Assembly (NCBI RefSeq): GCF_037042905.1
Contig: NC_087245.1
Span: forward strand, 28,584,001 to 28,648,000
DNA from: Lytechinus pictus
Taxonomy: Eukaryota
DNA length: 64,000 nucleotides
Reading direction: 5' to 3'
The translations under genes and the position numbers were made by a program. Of this stretch, positions 39,101 through 54,100 are shown one piece after another (position 1 is the stretch's first letter; each line of letters opens with the position of its first letter). Below the pieces are notes generated by a model. The model searched no databases, was not told the origin of the DNA, and was given only the letters and a program-made list of their open reading frames with translations.

Positions 39101-42100
39101 TTATTATCATTAAATGCCCTGTGGCCCGTTTCACGAAGAGTCACAACTATGGTTCATGTAACATTGCCATTACGGCAACTACCATGGTAACAGGGCTCCG
39201 CAGCCAATCAAAATCAATGATACCATGCTAGTTACAATAGTGGGAAAGTTAGAAAAGCTGAATGTCTTTATGAAATGGGTCAAAGATGTCTATTTCCACA
39301 TCTACTATAGATGTACATGTATCACATTGTAAATATTGGCCACAAACCACCGATTCTCACAATTTCAAACAGTTCTTTTCTACTCGCCAAGACAGCAGCA
39401 TACAATATGACATTAATCAATCTGCATTCATGGAGCTCTTGATATCCCAAATGCACATTCATTCAAAGCACCATGACATGATGTTTGATTATGTAAATGC
39501 TCCCATCTCATGCAAGTCTATTCATTCTTCATCATAATTTCTTATTTCCTATTGTTATCTCTCACGGACTTCAACCATTTATATGTTTCATGCGGATTTA
39601 CTCCCACATAATCTTGTGGTTAGACAGACTTAGGGGGTGTTGCAAGAAAATATTTGCAATCAATTGCAAAATTTCAGTTGCATATTTACAAGTGATAGAT
39701 CAATTATGAATAAAGAAAATCAATTCATTCTTGATGATGCCAAAAGCATACCCTGTGATCAATAGTAAAGCTTGCAATTTATTACACGACTTATGACTGA
39801 TTTTGGGAACCTAAAATTGGCTTGCAATCGATTACACAAGTTTCTTGCAACACTCTATTACTAATAATAATGAAAATAATAATACTAAAAATAATAATAA
39901 CAATAACAATATGATAATAATAACAATAATAATAATTATGATAATAATAATAATAATAACAACAATATAACAATCATAATAATAATAACAACAACAATAA
40001 CAATAATAATATTTTACCCAGGGTAGCCACTTCTGTTCCAAAAACTGTTCTCCCAGCAGACCCTGCTTAACATGATTATGTTATTATTACCCCAGCTTTA
40101 GCAAGGCTACCTTATCAGTAGCATAACTGACCTTCACTGTAGTCCAATGGACTCTCTTTCTGCTGATCTCTCTCTCTGCTTCTCTTCACTATGGTGGGTT
40201 TGTGATGGAACACCTCTTCCGCTTCCTTCTGCTCCGGGCTCTTCTCCTTCTTGATCTTTGGCGGGGTCGGCTTGGAGGGCTTGGAGGGCTTTGAAGGTTT
40301 GGAGGGCTTCGATGTTTTCTGCTCCTGAAAGACACAGATATTCAATACAGTAAAATTCTAATTGTTTAATGGAACAAGATCAGTAAAATTCTTCTTCTTA
40401 TAGAAGGGGGTATGAAATGATGCGTTTGATGATATATCTCTACACAAATAACATCACTTTCAATTTCATTTATGAGAAAATGGTATTTAGGGAATTAATG
40501 GCCCAAATTCACAAAGATGGTTTTGAAAACCATCGGTTGAACCTATGGTTTATGCAGATTTCCTGTATAAATTGCGCTTTTAATAATCAACCACCTTTAT
40601 AAAACAAGTGGAATGCCTCTGGCCGTCTCACCTGCATCACGCGATTCAATATAGCAGCAGTGCTGATTTTGAAAACTACTATAACTCGCACAAGATGTTC
40701 AGTGATACTTGGTTACTCTTATTTCCACGTTTTATGAACTAGACCAATACACTTATAGAGATATGATGGCAAGTCAACAAATACCCCCAACGTGGCCAAA
40801 GTTCTTTGACCTTACATGACCTTTGACCTTGATCATGTGACCTGAAACTCGCACAGGATGTTCAGTGATACTTGATTACTATTATGTCCAAGTTTTATGA
40901 ACTAGACCAACACACTTTCAAATTTATGGCTGTAATTCAACAAATACCCCAATTTGGCCAAAGTTCATTGACCCTAAATGACCTTTGACCTTGATCATGT
41001 GACCTGAAACTTGCACAGGATGTTCAGTAATACTTGATTACTATTATGTCCAAGTTTCATGAATCAGATCCATAAACTTTCAAAGTTATGATGGTAATTC
41101 AACAGATACCCCCAATTCGGCCAAAGTTCATTGACCCTAAATGACCTTTGACCTTGGTCATGTGATGTGAAACTCATGCAGGATGTTCAGTGATACTTGA
41201 TTAACCTTATGTATAAGTTTCATGAACTAGGTCCATATATTTTCTAAGTTATGATGACATTTCAAAAACTTAACCTTAGGTTAAGATTTTGATGTTGATT
41301 CCCCCAACATGGTCTAAGTTCATTGACCCTAAATGACCTTTGACCTTGGTCATGTGACATGAAACTCAGGCAGGATGTTCAGTAATACTTGATTAACCTT
41401 ATGGCCAAGTTTCATGAACTAGGTCCATATACTTTCTAAGTTATGCTGTCATTTCAAAAACTTAACCTCAGGTTAAGATTTGGTGTTGACGCCGCCGCCG
41501 CCGTCGCCGTCGCCGCCGCCGCCGCCGTCGCCGCCGCCGCCGCCGTCGCCGTCGGAAAAGCGGCGCCTATAGTCTCACTCTGCTATGCAGGTGAGACAAA
41601 AATGTACAATGCTCACGTGCGCTTTCATCACAATACGCTATTTTATTCATGAGTCCACTATTAAAAAATATTGGACTCGTGAAAAAAAGTGTGCTTTCAC
41701 CACGGCAACAGAAATTAATTGGCACACTGTGACAAATGCACATTTTCAAACTTTGTTTCTGTTGCATGGCAATGCAGCTCATCTTGACTTACTGTTTGAG
41801 AGGGTTTTGATGCTTTTGATTCTTTGGATGCTTTAGATTCTTTTGATCCTTTGGACAATCTTGTTACTCTTCTCCTGACTTGGGCAGGCCTATGGAAGAT
41901 AAAGAGGGGCAGGAGGAGTAGGGAAAAAGTAGGGTAGCAAAAGGAGTAGGGGCAGGAGGAAGATCGGGAACAAAGGCAGCAGGAGGAATAGGAAGTCCAG
42001 AAGTAAGTAAGAAGAAACAAAGTGTAGAAATTCACACTTAATACCCAGAAGAATTTATAAAAACAACACTCTTACATGTAAATACTGTAGTATTAACTTT

Positions 42101-45100
42101 AAAGTGTTTAACAACACATATTTATTTAAGCCACGATACATGTTCATTGTTTAAATTACTGAAGGTTATTGTTGAAAGTATTGTCACAGTCACACAGAGG
42201 AAATCGACTCCACACTGACCAAAGATATTACATTATTTCCAATGTTGGTGTGGAGTCGGTTTTTGTTGAAGTGACTGTAGAATTAACATTAAATTCTACA
42301 CTTAACAGTAAACATACAAAGATAAACAAAAATAATAAATGGTAACTGAGAGAGCAATGACTGTCAAAGTTACACTTTTTGTTATTTAATATAAAATAAC
42401 TATAATAATAATAATAATGATAATAACAATAATAATAATAATAATACTACTACTAATACTACTACTACTAATAATAATAATAATATAATAATGATAATAA
42501 TAATACTAATAATACTAATACTACTACTAATAATAATAATACTAATAATAATAACAATAATATAATAATAATAATAATAACAATGATAATAATAATATAA
42601 TAATAATAATAATGATGATAATAATGATAATAATGATAATGACAATTAAAAAATAAACTTCAGCAACTTCTACTACAACAACAACAAACGACTTCTACTA
42701 CTAACTCTTGATCACATATAATGTCACCAACTACCAACTAAACCTCCCAAAATGATATCAGACTACAAAGAGTCTCTTACCTTGTTATTCTTGGTGATAT
42801 GATGACACCATCTCTGGGGTATGGCACCTTCTTGAAGGCTTCTCTGCCAGCAGCAACATAGAATTCATGGTCTTCAAGTTCTTCTGGTCCTTGTAACTCC
42901 CTACCGTTGAGTGAAAGTAACCTAGAAGAAGAAGTAAGCAGATGGAGACTATGAGATTATGGCAAAATGATGGAGGTCAAAAAATGAAGACAATGATGAT
43001 ACCAAAATGAGAAATAAAGGGTGAATTAGAATAAATTACATGGAGGGATAGAAAGAGACACAATGACACATAAAGAAGAAGAAAATAGAAATAGAAGAAG
43101 AACACTGAAGGGATACTTGATACTTAAAATACAAATCAGCATTCCCTACAAATAATATTCAAAGGGTGTTAATCATTCCAAGTTTCCTTTTGTTTTCTAA
43201 AAGATCAATTTGTGTATTTCATAATAAATATGCCTATTAAAGTTGCTCCCTTACTAATTCTAATTCAAACTATAAACCCCATTCAAACACCTTTGTTTTC
43301 CTGAGATCTAACAGATGGAGTTACTTATTAATAACCCTTATTCATCCCTGCACTTGGGATTTATTTTAATCTTTTTCTTTTCAATTCTTACTGCGGCCCA
43401 TGTTATCTTGTGGGTCTTATGGCCTCTCGTGATAATGAATGTTTGTTGAAAATGTATCAAGAAATGCATGGATTATAATTCACTTTTTACCTATTAAATG
43501 AATAATGGATCTTGAAATCTCACAGCAAAGTAAGTACAAAAGTTGTGCCTTCTTCCATGCAGGCAAGACAACGCCCATTACTAAATTCCTTTTTACCATT
43601 TATTTTTCTTCCACTATACTGTTTGCCCCATTGTCTTGGCAACCGATTAATAAGAAATGAGAGAGTGAATACCAAATTGCCCTTGTGATATAATTAGCTG
43701 CATCAATCATAGCAACTACAACAGTCGAGAACTAGCAAAGAAAGATGGAAGGAGGTGAAACAGCCCTCATGCAAGAATCATTTTCAATAGCACTTAGGGC
43801 TCCCATTCAAATGCCTCCGCTGAGCAGGTGGACGGAACTTCCGTTCTAAGGAACCAACGCGGGGATGACTTGTGGGGGGAAAAGGCAGGATGACCTAGGT
43901 GCGAGGCAATCATCCAGTTTGTTTGCGAGATGTGGCACATTCACCACTCCCCAGCCCTGCACCAGCTGATCAAACCAATTTTCTATTTCCTATCATTTTC
44001 CTTCCTTTTCTCACTCCTCTAGTGTTAAATCTGGGTTATAAATTCCCTCTGGAATTTTGCTCATTGATATCATCATACAGTAACATACTGTATATCCTTT
44101 TTAAAGAAATGAAACAAGTCATGAATAAACAAGATTTATATATAGAAAGGGAGAGAGAGACCGAGAGACAGAGACATTGACAGAGAAAGAAAGAAGAAGA
44201 TGAGGATTTAAATCATACACAAGGTACAAATTGACAAGACATCAGAAAAATAATCTTGGATATACATTATGTATCCACACAAATATAACAATGAGGTAAA
44301 AGAAAAAAAGGTAATGTAGGAGACTTTCGATAGCATCCATGGGAATAAAGTGTCTTTGTAAAACACTGCTTTATCAAGCAAAATGTATGGAAATTCAAAA
44401 CTAGAAAAATGTATATGTTTACACTATAAATGGAACATCTTAAATGAATGTTTGATGAGATGACAAGCATGTTAAGGTTGCAACTGCATCAAATTATGTT
44501 CAAATTGACTTTCTACTAAGATTAAAAAACTTACTTCCAAACAACTCCTGTCATCATATTGACCTTCCGCGTGACCTCGTTTAAGACCACATCATAGTTT
44601 TTTAGCATGAACTTGGTGAAGAGGATTTTGATAGCTGGATTGTTGGCATCTCCATTCCGAAACACGCTGTATGATGAGGAGGAAAAGAATACACATGTAG
44701 ATGTTTATAATCATTTTCATAAATTTAGTTCTGACTCATTTCCTTCCATCCATCCATCCATCCCTCTACCTATCCATCTATCTATCTATCCATCCATGAT
44801 ACATCCATCCATTCATTCATTCACTCAATCATTTATCCATAAAATGCATCCATCCATTCGTTCAAATTTTAAGTAAATAATTTCGTTACACAAATAATAC
44901 CTCAAAATGTATGACAATCTGTGTTCATTGAAATAGAGATATCTGGGGGGAGGCAGTCAAATGTATTGCTGTACACATGCGTGACCAAATTACTTCCAAA
45001 CAACCCCAAAGGAATTTTTCTCTGTGTGCAAAATAACCCCCTAAAAAAAGTTTTTCGCGGCTTTATTTGCAAAATTTGGCCCCTAAACAAGTTGTCGCCA

Positions 45101-48100
45101 GAATATGACCTCAGGGAAAAAGCTTGGGAAAAAACATACCCTAAACACGTTTGGATAGTCTTAAAAAAAAGCTTTGGAAGAAAAAATACCCTAAATACAT
45201 GTACGTTTGACCCCGTGATTGACCATTGACCAGTCTTTCAAAACCACCCTTTTTCTTGAAAATCTGTGTTTTTGATACCCTTAACCAATGAACGCGCGGC
45301 CCGCGTCCACAACTGAAAAAAACTCCCCTTTAAACATGTTTTTGGGTCACGCATGTGTACAGCAATATATTTGACTGCCCCCCCCCCAGGAAAGATATAT
45401 GATTAATGTACTTACTAGATGACTTTGCTTCCAATGGATATAGCTGCTCTTTTACATCTTGCTGAAACTTTGAGTCGACTGTGTTGAACGGGTTTGATGA
45501 TGGGTGGAAGCTGCATATGAAAGAACAAAAGGCAATATTTTCAATAATAAAAGATGATGACTTTCAAGCCCATTTTTCAAGATGCTACGTAAACAAAACT
45601 TGCAAACGTTATTGCTACATGTATGTATGCAGATGGTCCCTTTCTAATGTCCATTGGAACAGAATAAAAGGTTCTATGACTGGAAAACTGACATAATTAA
45701 AACTATCAATTACATAATTAATAAGTGCAGAAACTATTCAACAAGGTATACATGTACATGTATATTCTACTGCGCTATATGAAACTCTTGATATGCTTGT
45801 TATATATTTAAAAGATTGTATTGAGATTTGATTTGATGTCATTTATGGACAGTGTTTTCCTGACTTAAGCAAATGTAACATTTTGTAAAGGAATCCATTA
45901 ATCCAAGCAATCATTGATGACCAATCGTCATTTTTTTTCTTTGCTTGTTATCATGCTGATCATGAAATCAATTTAAACACTTAATTATGACAAAAAAAGA
46001 TGTGTATTGTATTATGTTTCTATTAAAACTATTGATTAAATGAAATTAATGTTGATAATAACAAAATAACTGATAAAACAAATTACTAAACATACTATGT
46101 AGATCTACAGTATTTTTTTTTTTAAACATTCAATTCTTTCCCCATTGCATACAGATGGATTTCAGGACATTTTCATAGACTTTGGCACAAAATGTGGAAA
46201 AGGGAATTTATAAAACACTACATGTGTTTCTGACCATAAGCAACCAAAATGACCTCACACAAAGTAAAAGATAATTCAAATTTCCAGAGAGAAGGACTTA
46301 AGAATTGTACACACAAACACCTCACATACACAGTAAACAAAAGTACAGTAGATCAATCACAAAATAAAAATAAATACATGTTTAACAACATCAATAAACT
46401 ACATAATTGTACATTACAGTACATCAACATGTAGATTCTTAGAATTAACACACATCAAAAGCTTCCCGTCTCATATAAAATAAATCCACGTCGATTCATC
46501 AGTCAATCTCTAATTCTCTTAGCCATTCTTAGAGTGCTCATTAAGGCTGCAATTATCATCCTGATATGATTTAACAGCAATCATGGCACTATCCAGTGTC
46601 AAGCCCATTTGCTCAACAATTCACTGGATAATTGCCAATTAATTTACCTATTAACGATCTGACCAAACCCCAGGTCACCTCATTATTTGTATTTCTATCA
46701 TCTATCAGCTATGAGCATTTTCTATTTTTTCTTGTTTATGTCCATTCATATGAAAAGAAAACAAACCCTTAACCTCTTTGTATATCTGTATACATGTACA
46801 ATGCCAGAACAATATAAAAACAAATTATACACAAATGCATGAGAGAATGAATCAATGCATGAATTAAGGGAGCTGAAATGCAAAAAAATAATAAATAAAT
46901 TTAAATTTAAATAAATAAAAAAATGACGATTAAGGACAACAATTTTCCTTTTACTAGTAAATATAAACAGAAAATCTGTTTTGGTTCTTTACTTTTAAAA
47001 ACTCATTGAATTTACATGTACCTTTGCAAAATGGAATTCAGGTATTTGCTGTGTACATGTATATGGCAATGAAAAAAAAATCAATTTTAGATCCAGTTTG
47101 AAATGGAATTACACGTTTTCAGAAACGGAAAAGACATTTTATTGAAACAGCAAATCACTGTCCCAATATTTTTGTGGCTGAAAGCTAAAAATGGGCCCAT
47201 TGGAGAAGACTCAGTTTCAATCCAGTAGTTCATCATCTCAATATAATATGCCACTTTCAAAAAAACTTTTAAAAACCTATAAACATTTCACAAGAAGAAG
47301 ATGTATCTTCTGCACATCAAGTTCAGAGACAGAGACCTTGCCCATATCAACAATGAAACCACCTGCCATTCTAATCCTTTCAATATTGAAAAGGTTAATT
47401 CCAATATGGTATAGATGCAGAGCTATATTCAGGTTACCATCATATTGTTAAAAAGTTTTTTGTTGTATTTCAAATCAATTCATAGATAAAAAAAATGAGC
47501 TGACTTTATTTTATCTATTAATTTCTATCTGGACCCTACCTCTATCCCTCTGTTCACAAATCACATATCATTATTTATGGAAATTATGAAAAGGTAAATG
47601 TGACAATTCTCTTGATTGGTCAGATAATTTATTAAATGTGTCAAAAGATCAGAAATGCAAAGACATGTACAATTCTGTAACACCCCCTGCTGCAAGGCTA
47701 ACTTTTAACATAAAATATGTATGTATGAAATTAAAATAATAAAAATGCATAATACTCAATTCCTCAGTGTTAACAGGAAAGTGCAAGATACAAACCTTTA
47801 ATTGATTTTAGACTATGTAGATTATCTTGTTATTTATTTCAGAGACAGACTCTCTATTCAGTAGATTAAAATAGAAAACATCTAGGAATACTCTATTACA
47901 CATACATGTACATCTACAGTACACGTAGCTAGAGTCAATGAAAAGTCATGAACAGAACAGAGGCATACCCTACCAATGCTTTTCTTGAGGCAGAGCACAT
48001 ATATCTGTTGAGTGTAGTCATGTCAACAAAAACAAAATATCTGTACATAACATATTATTACTAATGACTGGAATCATAATGCGGTTGCTAAGCCTATCAT

Positions 48101-51100
48101 TAAAAGGATTAATTACACTTAGCATTAACAAATTTAAGGTGCCAACTCATGTCTTCTTTCTATGATTATCTGTTTTGTAAATCATCAAAACCCCATTTGT
48201 ATATATATTGCAATCATCCTAATGGAAATGAAGTGATATTTGCAGCAGTCATATGGCCTTCAATACCATATTCAATTTTAATATCAGTGTTAAACGTGCT
48301 GGTCTTTGCAGGATGCTGAGTTTGATCTATCAGGTGTACATATACGTACATGCACACATATACATGTAATTTTATCCTACAAGACTCCAAAACCATAAGA
48401 AATTTTTTACGAACTTATCTGTCTTTACTGTACATGTAATACAACAACTTAACAAAGAACTAAATAAAGAATGAGAAAAAAAGAGGGAAAGTTATTCAGA
48501 TCTAAAAACATCAACCTTTCTCTATCAACTTGCACTTACATGGAGACTAACAGAAAAGCTATCGGAGGCAATACAGTGCTGACATTTATGGGAATATTGA
48601 TTGATTATTGATCTAATAATTGATTAACTACTGCTCAGTGAAATCCATATTAACAGTCAAGCCTTGAATAAAGTTGGAATAAAATATTTATTGATATCAA
48701 TTTCAATTGTGATGCATTTTTCTGCTTAATAACACAGCAATAAAATTATGCTTCTCATCCTGAATGCAATATTGATTTTAAATAAGGACGGTTTGATTTA
48801 TCTCAAGCTTTGATAGTAGAGTGTATACCGAATGAAAAGATCTTATCATGTGAGAATAATAATTTTTCAAATTTGTAATTTGTCAGTACTCAGTAATAAA
48901 CTTTTTAAGCAATAATCAGGGGCTGTATTTTGAACATTGTCTTTTCTCAGAGATAAGACAGAATTGGTATTCTGGTGGATGTCATAACTTATGTCATAAA
49001 TTTTGTCTCTCCTCTTTAGCACACACCAAAAACACACGATTCAAAAGCACACAATCCAAATATACAAGCAAAAGATGATACCATAGTACGATAGTATCTT
49101 GATACCATGCAAACTATATGTCAATCATACAGTGATCATATTATTATTCAGATTAGATTGTTGTATAAGTTTCATTCATCATCCATGACTATTTTCAGAA
49201 ATATTTTTTTTCATGCTACAAGTTGTTAGGCAATAGATATTAATTTCTCTTTACTTTCTGTTTTTCCTTTCTTTCAATCTCTCTCTAAGGTCTGAAGATC
49301 CTTCTCAGCTCCATATATCTCTCTTCCCCGGCCACTTACATTGACGAGTGGATACCATGCGCGACCAAAAAAACACGTAAAAAGGATGTCTTATTCAAGA
49401 TTGGGCACGTTACGTACGTAACGTGATAAGGGTGTCAAAAACACAAAAATAATGGAAAAAGGGTATCTATTTCGCTAGGAAAGTTACGTGTTTAGGGTCA
49501 AATTTGCGGGGATGATGAAACAAAATTAAAATGTTTTATAAAGGATGTCCTCTTTGCCCCAACAATACGTGTTTAGAGTCCGATTTGCGCGAGGTGTGGA
49601 AGGTGGGGCCGTGCACCAAATGGTGTGTAAAGGTAAAACCGACGGCCGACGGACCCGTGAGATAACAAATATCGCTGTACTTGTTTAGGGGTTCATTTCA
49701 GGGAATACTTGCCAAGAGTGTTGTTTTGTTTCCAATACTTGTTAAGGGTAGGGTTTCAGACGCTAATACTTGTTAAGGGGTGCATTTTCAGAATATGGAA
49801 AATACGTGTTTAGGGTGCTTTTCTAGACCCCATGGTCGCGCATGGTATCCACTCGTCAATGGAAGTGGCCCCCCCAGGCTCTCTTCGCAATTAAGCGCAC
49901 CAACATACGCGCAGTTGTGTGATGCCAGCTACTATATTGAGGATACGCCGATGCGCTACCAGGCCTAACTATTGGTTAGAAGGGCTCCCACTCAGATCTA
50001 ACTGTGATTTTGATTAGTTTGCTTTCGAAAAGATGCGGGGAAATTATACGAAAGGGAAAATACAATGTTCAGAAGACAGGTTTGTGACAATCATAGTGAT
50101 TGTCATAGCGATTTCGGAGAGAAAGACAAGATTTATTACGAAAGTTATGACAGTGTTCCAGACTACCACCCATGCATGGTCATCAAAATATTTGGAATGA
50201 AGAATCTATCAAAAGATTAAAAGATAAAACTTTTCAGAGGCTTTTGAAACATAACAACAAAGTGATTGATGAGTACAGTGTAGATTCAAGTATTGCTGTA
50301 CATGTACTACATGTACATTGTTGAGAACATTATTGGAATAGCATTACAGAGTATCCAGGCAACAGAGTATCAGTTTAATATTAACAGATTTGTTCTTAAT
50401 ATATGCACACATGCATACCACATTGTGTTTGTTTGTACAATTTGCAATTTATTTTCAGTCAGAAAGTGAAAAAGCGTATCGTGTTCAAAAACTTACGCTA
50501 CCTTGTTTTCCATCCCCTAGGGCACATGACTTGATATTTTGTGGTTTTGTTTAGTCTTTGCGACAATTTTTTAAACAGGCCTACATAGAAATGACAATTA
50601 TTGACTGAGTTTCAATTATAAAACGTGTTACAAGATCCAATCCCTAAAACAAACAAAAATCAGTGGCCCATAAAGTGTTAAAAACTTTAATAAGGAACTT
50701 TGTCATTATGGCCACTACCATAGTAACTGGGATTATCAGCCAATCACAATATAGCCTGCTGATGTAGTTACAATAACACCAAAGTTACCATGCATGTAAT
50801 TGTAACTCTTTATGAAACAGGCCCCTTGTAGCAAACAATATTAAATAAAAGTAAAATAAAAATGTAAGAATTAAATGTAAGCAGCACATGGATGACTTCT
50901 CTTTCATCTAGACTCATGTGTTTTTCACAATCCATAACCAAGGTACACCATGTTATTCTGAGCACCCATATTTATAACTTAAAGATCAATAATGATACAA
51001 AGGGGCATAGCAAGCTGCAGCAATCAGGGTATTATGGCTGTATAAGAGAGAGCAGACAATGCTGGGGGAAGAAGTGGGTTCATTCAAAATAATGGCTGTA

Positions 51101-54100
51101 GGAGGAAAAAATCGATAACACCTTAGTGACCAAGATACTACAGGGATGTAAAGGGGATTAACAATGCTAACTGGTCCCTGTACTGCTGCATACTGGCCAG
51201 CTCATGAGGGGAAGCTCCCCCCCCCACCTATTCCCCTTTTCCATAATTTCTTTTTCTTCAATAACATGCCATTCTCTCTCTTTTTTCCCCACAAATTGAG
51301 TAATTTCTTGGAACATCTATTCTTATTAAGTTATTCCATTATTTAATGCTGAATTCTTTTATCTTATCCCAATCTCTCTCTCTCTCTTCTCAATTTCTTG
51401 TAACAACTAACATGTATCTTAATATCCTAACGTCTCTCTCTTCTCAATTTCTTATTTCATGTTATCATACTATCATTTTTTTCTGGGATTACTTTTTATC
51501 TTATAAATGCCAATCTCCCTTTTTTGTAATTTCATTTTCTATCTTATGATATTCTCTGAAGTCTTTCACCCATCCACCTCCTTTTAATTTGTGTGTCCTA
51601 AAATACACTGCAGGTTTTTATGAAAAATGGTTCTTCAACAAAAATGTGTAGAACTGCAGCCAAAGTCTACAGTATAGTACAAGGTGTATGTAGGTCAAAA
51701 TTTACAAATATTCTTTCAGGGTCCACTTTTCACATTCTACTCCTGAACATTGGATAAGCGTTATTCATTGCAAAGAATGGGATATTTCTTTTATCATTTC
51801 GGGGATGAAATCGCCCAGAGTCCCTGTGTATCCCCCCCCCCCTCCCTCTCTGAATATCTTTCAGAGTATTGAAATAATTTGTATTTTAGAAGTCTTGAAC
51901 AACAACAAAATATCCAGAATCTCTAGTTCCCTACACACTCAAGGTGGGTTTTGAACCATGGATGTGCATACATGTACATGTATTTGCTTTACATGAATGT
52001 GCATCTGCTATTCTGCTTCATTAATATCAAATGTACTACAATTACACCTCCAATACTTGACAAATTGCAATATTGATTTTTATATTGAAAGTTTGATGCG
52101 TTAACATTTTTGATATGGCATTTTGGCCCCAGTACTGGAAAAATACAGAAGTATACCTAAGCTGTATTGTATGTGTGTACATGGGTCTTTCCATGAAGCT
52201 GGGGCATAAATTGTGACATTTCAACACAAGTTAAAAATCACAATTTATACATTCATTTGTAAAGACCATACAGATTTAGAATAATTTTTTAATGAAGTTA
52301 TTGAGCAAAGTAGCATCAGGATAATTACATTTGGTCAAAAAAGTCATATTATGGCAATTGGGTTTTCCAAAATTTGATACAATACAAGTACTACATGTGT
52401 ATGCACGAACCTCAGATTTCCTATGCAAACTGATATTTCAAAAAGAAATCTGAAAAACTTTCATTATGCTAGCAGGTGTAGCATAAAACTCTATGGTCTA
52501 AAGTATATGTAAATAATAAATGCATTTTAGTATTGAGTTATGCTGAAATGTCACTATCTACACACGCAGCCCAACTTCATGGAAAGACCAACAATGAAAA
52601 CTCTTACATGTACATGTAATTCCTTCATTAATTAATTAAAAAGGTGACAACAAAGACATTTACAAAAACATCAACATCCCACAACCCAGTTTTATATATT
52701 TTCTTGGTTTAAAATGAAAGTACAAGTTTAGATTGATTTTCTCATCAATCTTGCTGACTGAAATTATTCATAACTTTACTTATGGTGGTCTTCCTCAGCA
52801 GCACGAGCTAGAAAAGCCAATGTACAATATTGACAATGTACACAGATTCATTTCAGCTGTGGCATTGTACATATCGATACCCCCCACGAACAGATTGAAT
52901 AAACTTGAAGATCAAAGATATATTTCTAACCAAACAATAATGGGACGTTTTAGCAAATCGCACTGTTTACACGTCACCAGGCAACAAGGTTCAGGTATCT
53001 AGCTAAACGGTGAATGGATGAGTGCTAGCGCTGTTTGAATAGGAGATATGAAGAGAAATGGCATGGATAATGTACAAAGGTGAATTTATATTTGACAGTC
53101 AAGTGCACAATATGAGGCATGAGTTTACTTGTGTTTATTGGCTCTTTCATGAAAATGGGGGTGAAGTACATGTAAGTAGACATTGGGTGATTTCTTGTTG
53201 ATGCTGGTTCTGGTTTTGTTAGATTTTGGGGATTGTAGCTCCAACACTCTCCTGTATTTTATCGAGCTGACAAAAAAAATTCACATTTTGATGGCTCGAT
53301 GTAGCAAAAGTCATTCCAATATCAGCTTCATATGATTTGTTTCCGTGCTAGCTGATGTATGTAAACAGAAACACTGTGGTCCGTGTTCTCAAAAGAAGTT
53401 TCATTGTATCCTGGTAGAAAACCATGGACTATGCCGATTTCTTGCATAATCGCGCTTTCTTAGTACCCTTTGCCAAAAGATTATGCGATGAAATAAGCGT
53501 AATTATCAGCATATTAGTTCAAGGTTTGTACCATGATACAACTGACATCTCTTTCGAGAATAAGGGCCCAAACACCAAACTTGAAATCACCCAATTGGTG
53601 ATATGACTATGTGGCAACATTTAATGAGGACAGAATGCACTGGCAGGAGTTAAAACTTGGCAACAACACCCAAAGCATTTATTCTATATTTGACAGCTTA
53701 ATGAGTGTATTAATGTTCCATTCACCAAACATGAAGACAACTTTAAACATACCTTTACAGCTGGGTCTAGTGGGTCAGTCTGCAAACAATTAATTACATC
53801 ATGTAAATTAAATCTTGGTGTTATATTTAGGTTAGAACTTCCATAATAATGGAAACATCGTTTGTTCAAAATCATAAATAAATTAAATATCAAATGTTTC
53901 AATAGATTGAATTTTAATCTGGTCCAGCATATGTATGTACCCAACATTAGACAAAGGATTTTTGGACCTACAAAAGCAAGTACAAGTGTACAAGTTACAT
54001 AAATAAGATTCCTCCTCAATCAATATGGAAAATACACAGTATGATGTTCTTTTTTTTTCTATATCAAAAGCTGCAAATGTCATGCATGAAATAAAAATAA

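Noticed and set aside
41443..41652. Poly-Ala ORF
   Set aside because: Translation of the (GCC)n microsatellite in the Helentron-associated element.
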